A stretch of DNA of 64,000 nt from Alphaproteobacteria bacterium (GTDB taxonomy: Bacteria > Pseudomonadota > Alphaproteobacteria > UBA828): contig CBDCRW010000006.1 in the NCBI GenBank assembly GCA_965221125.1, positions 128,001-192,000 of the forward strand. Reading direction: 5' to 3'. Position numbers and translations under genes: made by a program. Below are positions 1 to 10,236 of the stretch, one piece after another. The notes beneath the pieces were generated by a model. That model had not been told where the DNA came from, ran no database searches, and worked only from the letters and a program-made list of their open reading frames with translations. Position 1 is the first letter of the stretch, and the number at the start of each line of letters is the position of its first letter.

Positions 1-2
1 TA

Positions 3-311
3 ACTTCTTCTTTGGTCGGTGAATTGGGAAATGCAAAGTTCGAATTGAGCGCCAATTCTAGTGGTCGCCGGACCAAGACTACGAAAGTACTTTCGCGATA
101 GTCCAGTGGTCGATGGCGTGACGTCACTAAATGAGTTGGCAGCAAGTTCAGTCAGCGCGTCGGCGATAATAGAGAGAGCATTTGTTTTGCCACATCCATT
201 AGTACCGACTAGAAGAAGAGGCTGGGGAGAGTCATCGTCGTTAAATGTTGGCTCAATTTCAAGGTCTGAGGCAATGCCGCTGTTTCGTACCAATAGCTTT
301 CTCAAATACAT
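3..311 (-). CDS. ABC/SMC-like AAA ATPase (AAA_21/AAA_15-type), N-terminal part, runs off the window
   Basis: Not in the ORF track. Manual translation from ATG 311: MYLRKLLVRNSGIASDLEIEPTFNDDDSPQPLLLVGTNGCGKTNALSIIADAL. Walker A GTNGCGKT follows the typical 'MYL..L.V.N' start. DNA is AT-richer than the flanks. Confidence 0.8.
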   Translation of the reverse strand, partial: MYLRKLLVRNSGIASDLEIEPTFNDDDSPQPLLLVGTNGCGKTNALSIIADALTELAANSFSDVTPSTTGLSRKYFRSLGPATTRIGAQFELCISQFTDQRRS

Positions 312-425
312 TACAGGGGCTTTCTGCTGTATTGCGATTGTTAGTGAGCCGAATGTTAAGGATATGCCGTGAGGATGGCAAAGGGAAAGGTGAAGAAGTG
401 ACGAGCCTGAGCATGGACCGGTGTG

Positions 426-2879
426 TCACCGCGGCTCCAGCACCAGCGTGCCCAGCGCGTCCTCCTCTACCGCCGCCCTGTCGGTGAGCATGGGGAGGTA
501 CTCCCCGTCGCGCCAGGGCTCGGCGTAGTCCTCGTAGTGGCCGGAGAGCGGATTGCCTGACTGCCCCGTGCTCTGGATGAAGACCGAGCGCGCAGGGTCG
601 CCCAGGTCATAGATCGCCCGATACCCGGCGCCGTGGTTCTGGGCGAAGGGGCGCTCCGCGTCCGCCACGTCGAAGCCGCCGGCCTTGATCGTCTCCTTCT
701 CGCCGCCGGACGGCATGTCGATCTCGAACCAGGAGCCGATGGCCGGCACCTCGCCCAGGATGCGGCTCTTCATGCGGACCGCGTGGGCCTCGCCCCAGCG
801 CCAGTCGTCCATGTCGTGCCCGTAGGTCACGGCGAGGAACTCCAGCGCGATCTTGAGCGCCCGGCTCACCGCGTCTGCGCAGGTCTCTTGGCCGCCCGCG
901 GTGCTCACGTCGTCGCACCACTGCTGGCGCTCGCCGAGCGCGCGGTGAATCGGCTCGGTGCGGATCTTCCAGTAGTCCTCGAACACGTCGCCGAGTTCGT
1001 CGGCGAAGAGCACGTGCATCAGCTCGCGCACCCACGCCACGTAGATGAGCGCCTCCGTGCTGTCCCGCCCCATGCCGTGGTCCCACGCCGCCAGCATGGC
1101 GAGCGCCGTCCGCATCGTCTCGTTCGCAGGCGCCGCCAGTTCCAGCAGCACCGGCGTGAGCCGGGCGGCGGCGAGCGAGACCAGGTCCTGCTGGATCGCC
1201 GCGAAGCTGGCCACGTCGTGCTTGGGCCTGGCATCCAGCAGGGCCTCGATCCGCTTGGCCCGGTAGGGCGCCGTCCAGTCGTCGGTGAGGTAGTAGGGAT
1301 AGTCGTGCCCCACCATGCGGTTGTTGGCGCTGACGATGCGGCCCGACGCCGGGTTGTGCGCGCCCGGCAGCGCGTCGACGGGCACGCGGTCCACCCAGTC
1401 GTGTTCGCCGGTCCAGCCCGGCGCCGGCAGGTGCCCCTGGCCCGAGGCACGGATCGGCACGCGCCCCGGCGCCACGTAGCCGATGTTGCCCTCGGTGTCC
1501 GCGAAGACGATGGTCTGCTGCGGCACCGCGAGGTCGCCGAGCGCGTCGACGAACGCCTGCCAGTCCTCGGCACCCGTGGCGTTCACCAGCGCCTGGCCGC
1601 TGAGATCGTCGTCGTCCAGCGCAGTCCACGAGAAGGCGAGCACGTGGCCCTCCTCCAGGAACTCCTCGCTCTCCTCCAGCAGGTCGGAGACCACGGGCCC
1701 GTGGCGCGTCACGCGCACCTCCAGCTCGATGGGCTCGCCGCCGCTGACGGCGATCGTCTCGGTGCGGACCTCGAAGGGGAGGCTCCCCTCCGGCGCGAGG
1801 TAGCGGCCGGGGTCGTCGGGGTCGATCCGCTCGATGAAGAGGTCTTGCACGTCCGGCCCGGTGTTGGTGAAGCCCCAGGCGAGCGTCCGCGACTGGCCCA
1901 GCAGCGGGAAGGGCAGCCCCGGCAGCGTCGCGCCCACGACCTCGAATTCCGGCGTCGAGACATGGGCGAGGTACCAGACGCTCGGCACCTCCAGGCGGAG
2001 GTGCGGGTCGTTCGCGAGCAGCGGCTTGCCGGATTCCGTGTGCGCGCCTGAGAGCACCCAGGCGTTGGAGCCGAGCCCGGAGGCACGCAGCGCCGGCATG
2101 GCACCCTGCGCGACCGCGTCGAGCGCCGCAAAGTCGATGCCGCTGCCGTGGACGGCCGGCACCGCCGCGTGCGGCCCCGGCGCAGGGTCGTCGGGATGCT
2201 GCGCCCAAAGGTCCTGAAGCTGCGCCCGGTCGAGTTTGCCGGCGAGGCGCGCGCGCAGCAGCTCGTCGCTGAAATTGTCGCCGAGATCCCAGGCCATGAT
2301 CTTGAGCCAGACGAGGCTGTCGGCGGGCCGCCAGGGCTCGGGCTTGTGGCCGAGCAGCTGGAACTCGAGCGGCAGCAGCTCGGAGTGGGTCTCCAGGTAG
2401 GCGTTCACGCCCTCCGCATAGGCCCCGTAGATCGCCTGCGCCTCGGGCTCCAGCATCTCGAAGTTGCGCTCGGCGACGCGGTAGATACCCAGCGTTCGCA
2501 AGAACTTGTCGGGCTCGACGGCGGGCTCGCCCACCACTTCTGCCAGCCGCGCCTGGCCGATCCGGCGCTGCATCTCGAGCTGCCAGAGCCGGTCCTGCGC
2601 GTGGACGAAGCCCATGGCGAAGGCGACGTCCTTGGGCGACTGCGCGTAGATGTGGGGGACGGCGTTGGCGTCGCGGACGATCTCCACGGCGGCATCGAGG
2701 CCCGGCACCTCCTCGGCCCCGTCGTAGGAGGGGAGCGCGAACCACGAGCACGAGCCCACGGCCAGCAGCAGCGCGAGCAGCGCCGCAGCGCCGAACGCCG
2801 CGCAGTAGGGCCGCAGTCGTCTGAGGCTGAAGCTCTGCCGCCGCCAGCCTCCCCTGCCGGAAGCCGCGGCGCGCATCAC
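426..2879 (-). CDS. Penicillin acylase / AHL acylase family Ntn hydrolase
   Basis: N-terminal membrane anchor, VPHIYA, GFVHAQDRLWQ, beta-chain start GSNAW, LLANDPHL, GQSGNP. Confidence 0.93.
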   Translation of the reverse strand: MMRAAASGRGGWRRQSFSLRRLRPYCAAFGAAALLALLLAVGSCSWFALPSYDGAEEVPGLDAAVEIVRDANAVPHIYAQSPKDVAFAMGFVHAQDRLWQLEMQRRIGQARLAEVVGEPAVEPDKFLRTLGIYRVAERNFEMLEPEAQAIYGAYAEGVNAYLETHSELLPLEFQLLGHKPEPWRPADSLVWLKIMAWDLGDNFSDELLRARLAGKLDRAQLQDLWAQHPDDPAPGPHAAVPAVHGSGIDFAALDAVAQGAMPALRASGLGSNAWVLSGAHTESGKPLLANDPHLRLEVPSVWYLAHVSTPEFEVVGATLPGLPFPLLGQSRTLAWGFTNTGPDVQDLFIERIDPDDPGRYLAPEGSLPFEVRTETIAVSGGEPIELEVRVTRHGPVVSDLLEESEEFLEEGHVLAFSWTALDDDDLSGQALVNATGAEDWQAFVDALGDLAVPQQTIVFADTEGNIGYVAPGRVPIRASGQGHLPAPGWTGEHDWVDRVPVDALPGAHNPASGRIVSANNRMVGHDYPYYLTDDWTAPYRAKRIEALLDARPKHDVASFAAIQQDLVSLAAARLTPVLLELAAPANETMRTALAMLAAWDHGMGRDSTEALIYVAWVRELMHVLFADELGDVFEDYWKIRTEPIHRALGERQQWCDDVSTAGGQETCADAVSRALKIALEFLAVTYGHDMDDWRWGEAHAVRMKSRILGEVPAIGSWFEIDMPSGGEKETIKAGGFDVADAERPFAQNHGAGYRAIYDLGDPARSVFIQSTGQSGNPLSGHYEDYAEPWRDGEYLPMLTDRAAVEEDALGTLVLEPR

Positions 2880-4024
2880 GCGTCTCCGTCCGCGAGCGCG
2901 CGGCGGTGCTGGTCGAGCTCCGGCGCGGGCGGCCGTTCCGCCGGGTCGGGATAGGCCGAGAGCTTGATCGGGTTGCCTGCCATCTTCACCTCCCCTGCCA
3001 CCGGGTCCATCGCCCGGATTATCATGTTGCGCGCCGCCACCTGCGGGTCGGCCAGCACGTCATCCACCCGGTTGATCGGCGAGCACGGCACGCCGGCCTC
3101 CTCCAGCACGGCGAGCCAGTGCCGCGTCGGGTGCGCCGCGAGGATCGCCTCGAACTCCCGCTCCAGCGCGTCGATGTTGGCGTTGCGCGCCGCGTTGTCG
3201 ACGAAGCGCGCGTCCTCGGCGAGCGCGGGCCTGCCCAGCGCGGCGCAGAGCGTCGCGAACAGCGCGTTGTTGCCGGCGGAGATCACCACGTGGCCGTCGG
3301 CGGTCGCGTAGGCCTGGAACGGCGTGATCGAGGGATGGCGCGTGCCCAGCGGCCCCGGCACCTCGCCGGACGCGAAGTAGCGCGCGAGCGCGTTCTCCAG
3401 GATCGCCACCTGGCAATCGAGCATGGAGACGTCGAGCTTCATCCCCTCGCCCGTCATGGTCCGCCGGTAGAGCGCGCCGTTCACGCCGATGGCGGTGAAG
3501 AGGCCGGCGACGATATCGCCGACCGAGCTTCCCACCCGCGCCGGCGGCCCGTCGGGCTGGCCGGTCAGGCTCATGATGCCGCCCATGGCCTGCACCACCA
3601 CGTCGTAGGCCGGCCGCCCGGCGTAGGGCCCGGTGTGGCCGAAGCCCGAGCACGCCGCGTAGATCAGCCGGGGGAAGCGCGCGTGCAGCGCCTCCCAGCC
3701 GTAGCCGAGGCGCTCCATGGTGCCCGCGCGGAAGTTCTCCGCCACCACGTCGGCGCCCGCCAGCAGCTCCTCGAAGACCGCGCGGTCGCCGTCCTCCTTC
3801 AGGTTGAGGGAGACGCTCTCCTTGCCGCGGTTGATCGACATGAAATAGGCGGATTTTCCGCCGACGAACGGGCCGAAGGCGCGGGAATCGTCGCCGCCGC
3901 CCGGCGTCTCCACCTTGATCACGCGGGCGCCGAGATCGGCCAGCACCATGGTGCAGTAGGGGCCAGCCAGGACCCGCGTCAGGTCGATCACAGTGACGCC
4001 GGCGAGCGGTCCGTCCACGGTCAT
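2876..4024 (-). CDS. CaiB/BaiF family III CoA-transferase
   Basis: GPLAGVTVIDLTRVLAGPYCT, ADLGARVIKVE, NRGKES, GFGHTGPY, AYD. True start MTVDGP at 4024; the upstream part of the track ORF overlaps hemB. Confidence 0.93.
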   Translation of the reverse strand: MTVDGPLAGVTVIDLTRVLAGPYCTMVLADLGARVIKVETPGGGDDSRAFGPFVGGKSAYFMSINRGKESVSLNLKEDGDRAVFEELLAGADVVAENFRAGTMERLGYGWEALHARFPRLIYAACSGFGHTGPYAGRPAYDVVVQAMGGIMSLTGQPDGPPARVGSSVGDIVAGLFTAIGVNGALYRRTMTGEGMKLDVSMLDCQVAILENALARYFASGEVPGPLGTRHPSITPFQAYATADGHVVISAGNNALFATLCAALGRPALAEDARFVDNAARNANIDALEREFEAILAAHPTRHWLAVLEEAGVPCSPINRVDDVLADPQVAARNMIIRAMDPVAGEVKMAGNPIKLSAYPDPAERPPAPELDQHRRALADGDA

Positions 4025-4125
4025 GTCGATGCTTCCCCGTCCTGGTATTTGAGTATACACGCACGCGCCGCCGCCGGCCCGGCCGTCGATCGGTGGGCCA
4101 GCCGTGCAGCCGGCCGGCGGGCGGT

Positions 4126-5241
<1,116 letters not shown>

Positions 5242-5351
5242 TCAGGCGGCGCGGGCCGCCATGCTCGGCCGGGCAGCGCGGCCGCTCTCTTGGCATCTAG
5301 GCACAAGCGGGCGGCGGGTCAACCGGGGCGGTGCGGAAACGAGAGGGCGCG

Positions 5352-7730
5352 ATGGCGGCCGAGACGAACATCGAGCGGATTCCGGGCTTCTGCGCGCTCT
5401 GCACCTCCGTCTGCGGCTGCATCTCCGTGGTCGACGACGGCCGCCTCGTCGCCGTCGAGCCCGACCCCGCGCACCCCACCGGCAAGGCGCTCTGCGGCAA
5501 GGGCCGCGCCGCGCCGGAGCTGGTCTACCACGAGGACCGCCTGCTCCATCCGCTCCGCCGCACGAGCCCGAAGGACGAGCCCGGCACGTGGGAGCGCATA
5601 AGCTGGGACGAGGCGCTCGACGAGACCGCCGCGGCTCTCAAGCGCCTCGCCGCCGAGCACGGGCCGGAGAGCGTGGCCTTCGCCATCACCACGCCGTCCG
5701 GCACCGGCATTCAGGACGCCTATCCCTGGATCGAGCGCCTGCGCCACGCCTACGGCAGCCCCAACGCGCCCTACGGCACGGAGATCTGCAACTTCCACCG
5801 GGACGACATCAACCGGCTCACCTTCGGCGTCGACACGCCCGTGCCGGATTTCGAGAACGCCGGGTGCATCATGCTCTGGGGCCACAACCCGAGCACCACC
5901 TGGCTCGCCTATGCCAGCCGCGTCGCCGAGGCCAAGGCGCGGGGCGCCAAGCTCATCGTCGTCGACCCGCGCCGCGCGGGCCTCGCGGTCAAGGCCGACG
6001 TCTGGCTCCGCGTCCGCCCCGGCACCGACGGCGCGCTCGCTTTGGGTCTCGCCAACCTGCTGCTGGAGGCCGGGCACTACGACGCGGCCTTCATGCGGGC
6101 CTGGACCAACGGCCCGCTGCTCTTGCGCGAGGACGACGGCACGCCGCTCCGCGCCGATCACCTGAGCGCGGACGGTGATGCAGCCCACCGCGTCGCCTGG
6201 GACGCGGACGCCGGCGCGGCGATGCTCTACGACCCCGCAGCGGCCCGCTACGAGGGCGGCACGCCCGCGCTCGGCGGCCGCTACGAGGTCGCGGGCGCTG
6301 ACGGCGCGGCGATCCCCTGCCGCACCGCCTTCGACCTCTACCGCGAGCGCTGCCGCGCCTTCACGCCGGAGCGGGTAGAAAAAATCACCTGGGTGCCGGC
6401 GGAGCGGCTTCGCGCAGCCGCGCAACTGCTGGGCGAGGCCGACGCGGTCTCGTCGTATAGCTGGTCCGGCGTGGGCCAGCACACCAACGCGAGCCAGACC
6501 TCGCGCGCGATCTCGCTCCTCTACGCGCTGAGCGGCAGCTTCGATGCGCCGGGCGGCAACGTGCTGTTCGAGACCATTCCCACCAACGACATCCGGGGCC
6601 GCGACATGCTGCCGCCCGCGCAGCTCGCGAAGGCGGTGGGCGGCGCGGGCCGCCCCCTCGGGCCCGAGCAGCAGGGCTGGATCACCAGCGACGACCTCTA
6701 CCGCGCGGTCCTCGAGGGCCGGCCCTATCCAATCAAGGGCCTGGTGAGCTTCGGCACCAACATCCTGGTGAGCCACGCCGACACCGCCCGCGGCGAGGCG
6801 GCGCTGAAGGCGCTGGACTTCGCGGTGCACGTGGACATGTTCATGACGCCGTCCGCCTCCCTCGCCGACATCGTGCTGCCGGTCAACACGCCGTTCGAGC
6901 GCGAAGGGCTGTGCACGGACTTCAAGGTGGGGGCGGACGCGACCTCCTTCGCGCAGCTCCGCCCGCCGGCGGTGGAGCCGCGGGGCGAGTCGCGGAGCGA
7001 CGTCTGGATCGCCTTCGCGCTTGCGAAGCGCCTCGGCCTCGCCAACCAGTTCTGGGGCGGCGACGTCGACGCCTCCTACCGCGAGATGCTGGCCCGCTCC
7101 GGCCTCGACCTGGAGACGCTGCGCCAGTCACCCGGCGGCGTGCGCGTGGACCACGAGACCCGCTACCGCAAGTACGCCGGCGGCGACGGAGAGCCCGCGC
7201 CGGGCTTCGCCACGCCATCGCGCAAGGTCGAGGTTTATTCGGAGCAGCTGCTGGCGGCGGGCCAGTCTCCGATCCCGGACTACGTGGAGCCCGCCGTCGG
7301 GCCGGTGAGCCGGGCCGACCTCGCCGCCGACTACCCCTTGGTGCTCACGTCCGCGAAGTCGCTCCACTACTGCCACAGCCAGCACCGGGGCATGCCCTCG
7401 CTGCGCCGCCGCGAGCCCGACCCCACGGTCGAGATGCACCCGGACGCCGCCGCCGCGCGCGAGATCGGGAACGGCGACTGGGTGCGGCTGGCCACGCCGG
7501 AAGGTGCGGTCCGCGCCCGCGCGGTGCTGCGGCCCACCCTCGACCCCCGCGTGGTCAGCGCCACCCACGGCTGGTGGCAGGCCTGCGAGGCGCTCGGCCT
7601 GCCGGGCTACGACGCCACCAGCGCGGCGGGCGCGAACATGAACGCGCTCATCGGCAACCGCGAGGTCGACCCGATCTCGGGCTCCGTGCCCCACCGCTCC
7701 TACCTCTGCGAGATCACGCGCTTGGGTTAA
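5352..7730 (+). CDS. Bis-MGD molybdopterin oxidoreductase (DMSO reductase family; acetylene-hydratase-like subgroup possible)
   Basis: [4Fe-4S] motif CALCTSVC...LCGKG, DRLLHPLRR, ISWDEALD, PGTDGALAL, ADIVLP, C-terminal HSQHR...HPDAA...HGWW; no Tat signal seen. Confidence 0.88.
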   Translation: MAAETNIERIPGFCALCTSVCGCISVVDDGRLVAVEPDPAHPTGKALCGKGRAAPELVYHEDRLLHPLRRTSPKDEPGTWERISWDEALDETAAALKRLAAEHGPESVAFAITTPSGTGIQDAYPWIERLRHAYGSPNAPYGTEICNFHRDDINRLTFGVDTPVPDFENAGCIMLWGHNPSTTWLAYASRVAEAKARGAKLIVVDPRRAGLAVKADVWLRVRPGTDGALALGLANLLLEAGHYDAAFMRAWTNGPLLLREDDGTPLRADHLSADGDAAHRVAWDADAGAAMLYDPAAARYEGGTPALGGRYEVAGADGAAIPCRTAFDLYRERCRAFTPERVEKITWVPAERLRAAAQLLGEADAVSSYSWSGVGQHTNASQTSRAISLLYALSGSFDAPGGNVLFETIPTNDIRGRDMLPPAQLAKAVGGAGRPLGPEQQGWITSDDLYRAVLEGRPYPIKGLVSFGTNILVSHADTARGEAALKALDFAVHVDMFMTPSASLADIVLPVNTPFEREGLCTDFKVGADATSFAQLRPPAVEPRGESRSDVWIAFALAKRLGLANQFWGGDVDASYREMLARSGLDLETLRQSPGGVRVDHETRYRKYAGGDGEPAPGFATPSRKVEVYSEQLLAAGQSPIPDYVEPAVGPVSRADLAADYPLVLTSAKSLHYCHSQHRGMPSLRRREPDPTVEMHPDAAAAREIGNGDWVRLATPEGAVRARAVLRPTLDPRVVSATHGWWQACEALGLPGYDATSAAGANMNALIGNREVDPISGSVPHRSYLCEITRLG

Positions 7731-7826
7731 TGGGGGTGAAAATGCCGTAGGCGCGGAGCCCAAACTGTTCCGCGCATGCGCTGCGACAGCCGCCGCGCCA
7801 GAATCAAGTTATTGTCGGCTCTCTAG

Positions 7827-9439
7827 CCCGAATTATTCATGGCAGGTCTGGTTTTGGGGTGGCGGACGTAGCGTAAGTCGTTGCCATCGGGTAGGAATTC
7901 GTTGCCGAGGCGTCTTCCTCTCCGAACAACGAAAATGCCACGCCCGCCATGACCGACGATAGTCTTCTTCCCTTCGATCTGCCAAGCGTCCAACGCAAGA
8001 AGGTGAGCGCCGCCTTCGACGGCGGCCTGATCTCGTCTGACGGCGGCCTCGTCCTGCTTCGTGAGGCGGAACGCAGCTTGCGCCTGGCCGAGACCCTGGC
8101 CGGCTGCATCCGCGACCGGCGCAAGCAGGCGCAGGTGATCCACTCGCTCTCGGCCATGCTGCGCTTCCGCATGTTCGCCATTGCGTGTGGCTACGAAGAT
8201 GCCGACGACTGCGACGCGCTGCGCGCGGACCCTCTGTTCAAGCTGGCCTCAGGCAAGGCGCCGGAGAGCGGCCGCGCACTCTGCTCCCAGCCGACCATGA
8301 GCCGCCTGGAGAACGCGCCGTCTCGTATCGAGGTGGCGCGCATGACGGCGGCGCTGGTCGATCTCTTCTGCCGCAGCTTCCAAGCCCCTCCCGCCGCCAT
8401 AACCCTTGACATCGACGACACCTGCGATGCGGTGCACGGCCACCAGCAGCTCTCGCTCTTCAACGCTCATTACGACACGCGCTGCTTCCTGCCCGTCCAC
8501 GTCTACCATGTGGAAAGCGGCAAGCCGGTGGCGGTCCTCCTGCGCCCGGGCAAGACGCCGTCGGGCCCTGAGGTCCGCACCCTCATCAAGCATCTGGTCC
8601 GCCGCATCCGCCGCCACTGGCCGCACACCCGGATCGTCTTCCGCGGAGACAGCCACTACGGCCGCCCGGAAGCCATGGCCTGGTGCGAGGAGAACGGGGT
8701 CGACTACATCTTCGGCCTCGCGGGCAACCGCGCGCTGCACGCGCTCGCATACGAGATGGCCGACGATCTCAAGGTGCGCCGCGCCAAGGCCGGCGCAGAC
8801 AGGATGCGCAGCTTCACCGCCTTCGACTACGCCGCCCGCTCCTGGAGCTGCGAACGCCGGGTCGTCGCCCGGCTCGAGGCGAGCACCCGCGGCTTCGATG
8901 CCCGCTATGTCGTCACCTCACTCAAGGGCGAGCCCCGCCATCTCTACGAAGACATCTACTGCGCCCGCGGCCAGGCCGAGAACCTGATCAAGATGCACAA
9001 GGGCCAGCTCGCCTCGGACCGCACCTCCTGCCAGAGCCCGCTCGCCAATCAGCTCAGGCTGGTCCTCCACACCGCAGCCTACTGGCTCATGCTCGCGCTG
9101 CGCGACGCCATTCCCCGCGCCGCGCCGCTCGCCCGTGCAGAGTTTGCAACCCTCAGGCTGCGCCTCCTCAAGATCGGTGCCCGCGTCATCGAGAAGGCCA
9201 CCCGCATCCGCATCCACTTCGCCTCGGCCTGCCCCGACGCCGCCCTCTTCCGCCTGCTCGCAGGCCGCCTCGCCGCAGCAGGCCCATGAGCGACGGGGCG
9301 GCGTGCCCCAATCACCCAGGCTCCATAAACCATCAACCCGATAACGACCATCCTCAGTTCCCGACGCCAAACCGCGTCAGGCCCCGACGCGCCCAATCAA
9401 CCGAGCATCAAGTGCAAGGCAGTCCATGAATAGGTCGGG
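7827..9439 (+). mobile_element. IS1380-family insertion sequence, intact, 1613 bp
   Basis: 16-bp terminal IRs CCCGAATTATTCATGG / CCCGACCTATTCATGG (2 mismatches); CTAG duplicated at 7823-7826 and 9440-9443; one transposase ORF. Confidence 0.93.
7949..9289 (+). CDS. IS1380-family DDE transposase
   Basis: FDGGLISSDGG, GYEDADD, SQPTMSRLEN, LDIDDT, RGDSHY, YCARGQAENLIK. Confidence 0.96.
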   Translation: MTDDSLLPFDLPSVQRKKVSAAFDGGLISSDGGLVLLREAERSLRLAETLAGCIRDRRKQAQVIHSLSAMLRFRMFAIACGYEDADDCDALRADPLFKLASGKAPESGRALCSQPTMSRLENAPSRIEVARMTAALVDLFCRSFQAPPAAITLDIDDTCDAVHGHQQLSLFNAHYDTRCFLPVHVYHVESGKPVAVLLRPGKTPSGPEVRTLIKHLVRRIRRHWPHTRIVFRGDSHYGRPEAMAWCEENGVDYIFGLAGNRALHALAYEMADDLKVRRAKAGADRMRSFTAFDYAARSWSCERRVVARLEASTRGFDARYVVTSLKGEPRHLYEDIYCARGQAENLIKMHKGQLASDRTSCQSPLANQLRLVLHTAAYWLMLALRDAIPRAAPLARAEFATLRLRLLKIGARVIEKATRIRIHFASACPDAALFRLLAGRLAAAGP

Positions 9440-9542
9440 CTAGAGTGTGTACAATCTGCCGGCGGCCGAATGCATGGATCAGCTCGCACGTGCAGACAAA
9501 AAATATTCTTTTGATATTACTTTCCGACGATAATGTACGTCC

Positions 9543-9707
9543 TTACTCTTCATCCAGATTTACATCGATTTCCGTCTCGATGCTTATATCGCCGCCAGCT
9601 CCACCCGTGGCACTTCCATATTCGCTTTCCGCATCACCGCCGACCGCACATGCTGCGATTGCCAAGCAACTCGCAAGCACGAATCCAATCTTTGCCAGGC
9701 TGGTCAT
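9543..9707 (-). CDS. Small predicted lipoprotein (54 aa)
   Basis: RBS GGAGAGG before ATG 9707; MTSLAKIGFVLASCLAIAA|CAVGGDAES with lipobox-like IAAC; Gly-rich then acidic tail. Confidence 0.6.
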   Translation of the reverse strand: MTSLAKIGFVLASCLAIAACAVGGDAESEYGSATGGAGGDISIETEIDVNLDEE

Positions 9708-9721
9708 GCACCTCTCCCCAC

Positions 9722-10033
9722 TTACATTGCCTGTCCCCACACCTGCGTCCCATAGTAGGGACACCAGCAAGCCGACCCTCTGGGAATTGCGAAACCCAAC
9801 CAACAAGCCCCATACCCAGTTGTACACATGGTCGCCCAAGTGCTCTGATACTGCGGCCAGAGAGTTCCAGTATTTACATTAAAGAAAGACGAGTTACCTG
9901 CATGAATTACATCGACATCGACTGCAGCTCCACCTTGTGCACCGCCAGTAATACTGGATGCATCACCTCCGACACAACCGGATATTAGCAGCAGCGACGC
10001 GGCCGCTATCAGCAGTTTTGTCCGAGTTTTCAT
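9722..10033 (-). CDS. Small predicted lipoprotein with 4-Cys C-terminal domain (103 aa)
   Basis: RBS GAGG; MKTRTKLLIAAASLLLISG|CVGGDASS lipobox; C-terminal CTTGYGAC-x9-ACWC. Confidence 0.7.
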   Translation of the reverse strand: MKTRTKLLIAAASLLLISGCVGGDASSITGGAQGGAAVDVDVIHAGNSSFFNVNTGTLWPQYQSTWATMCTTGYGACWLGFAIPRGSACWCPYYGTQVWGQAM

Positions 10034-10236
10034 TTTCCTCGCCTAAGCCATTTTCGACAGGGGCCAAGAGTCCCAGTACAAGGCTGCAACGAAGCAAAGC
10101 CAACATCTATATCGCACAGGATATAACATTTACGAGATTACTCAAATTCAGAAAGCGGTTTTCGTGCTGGTGAAAAAATGCGATCAATTCAGTGAGTTAC
10201 GATGCGTCACCAGGCCCCGGCGCGCGGCAGTGGGGA

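Noticed and set aside
61-372. Plus-strand 103-aa ORF
   Set aside because: Antisense shadow of the minus-strand ATPase with a clear Walker A.
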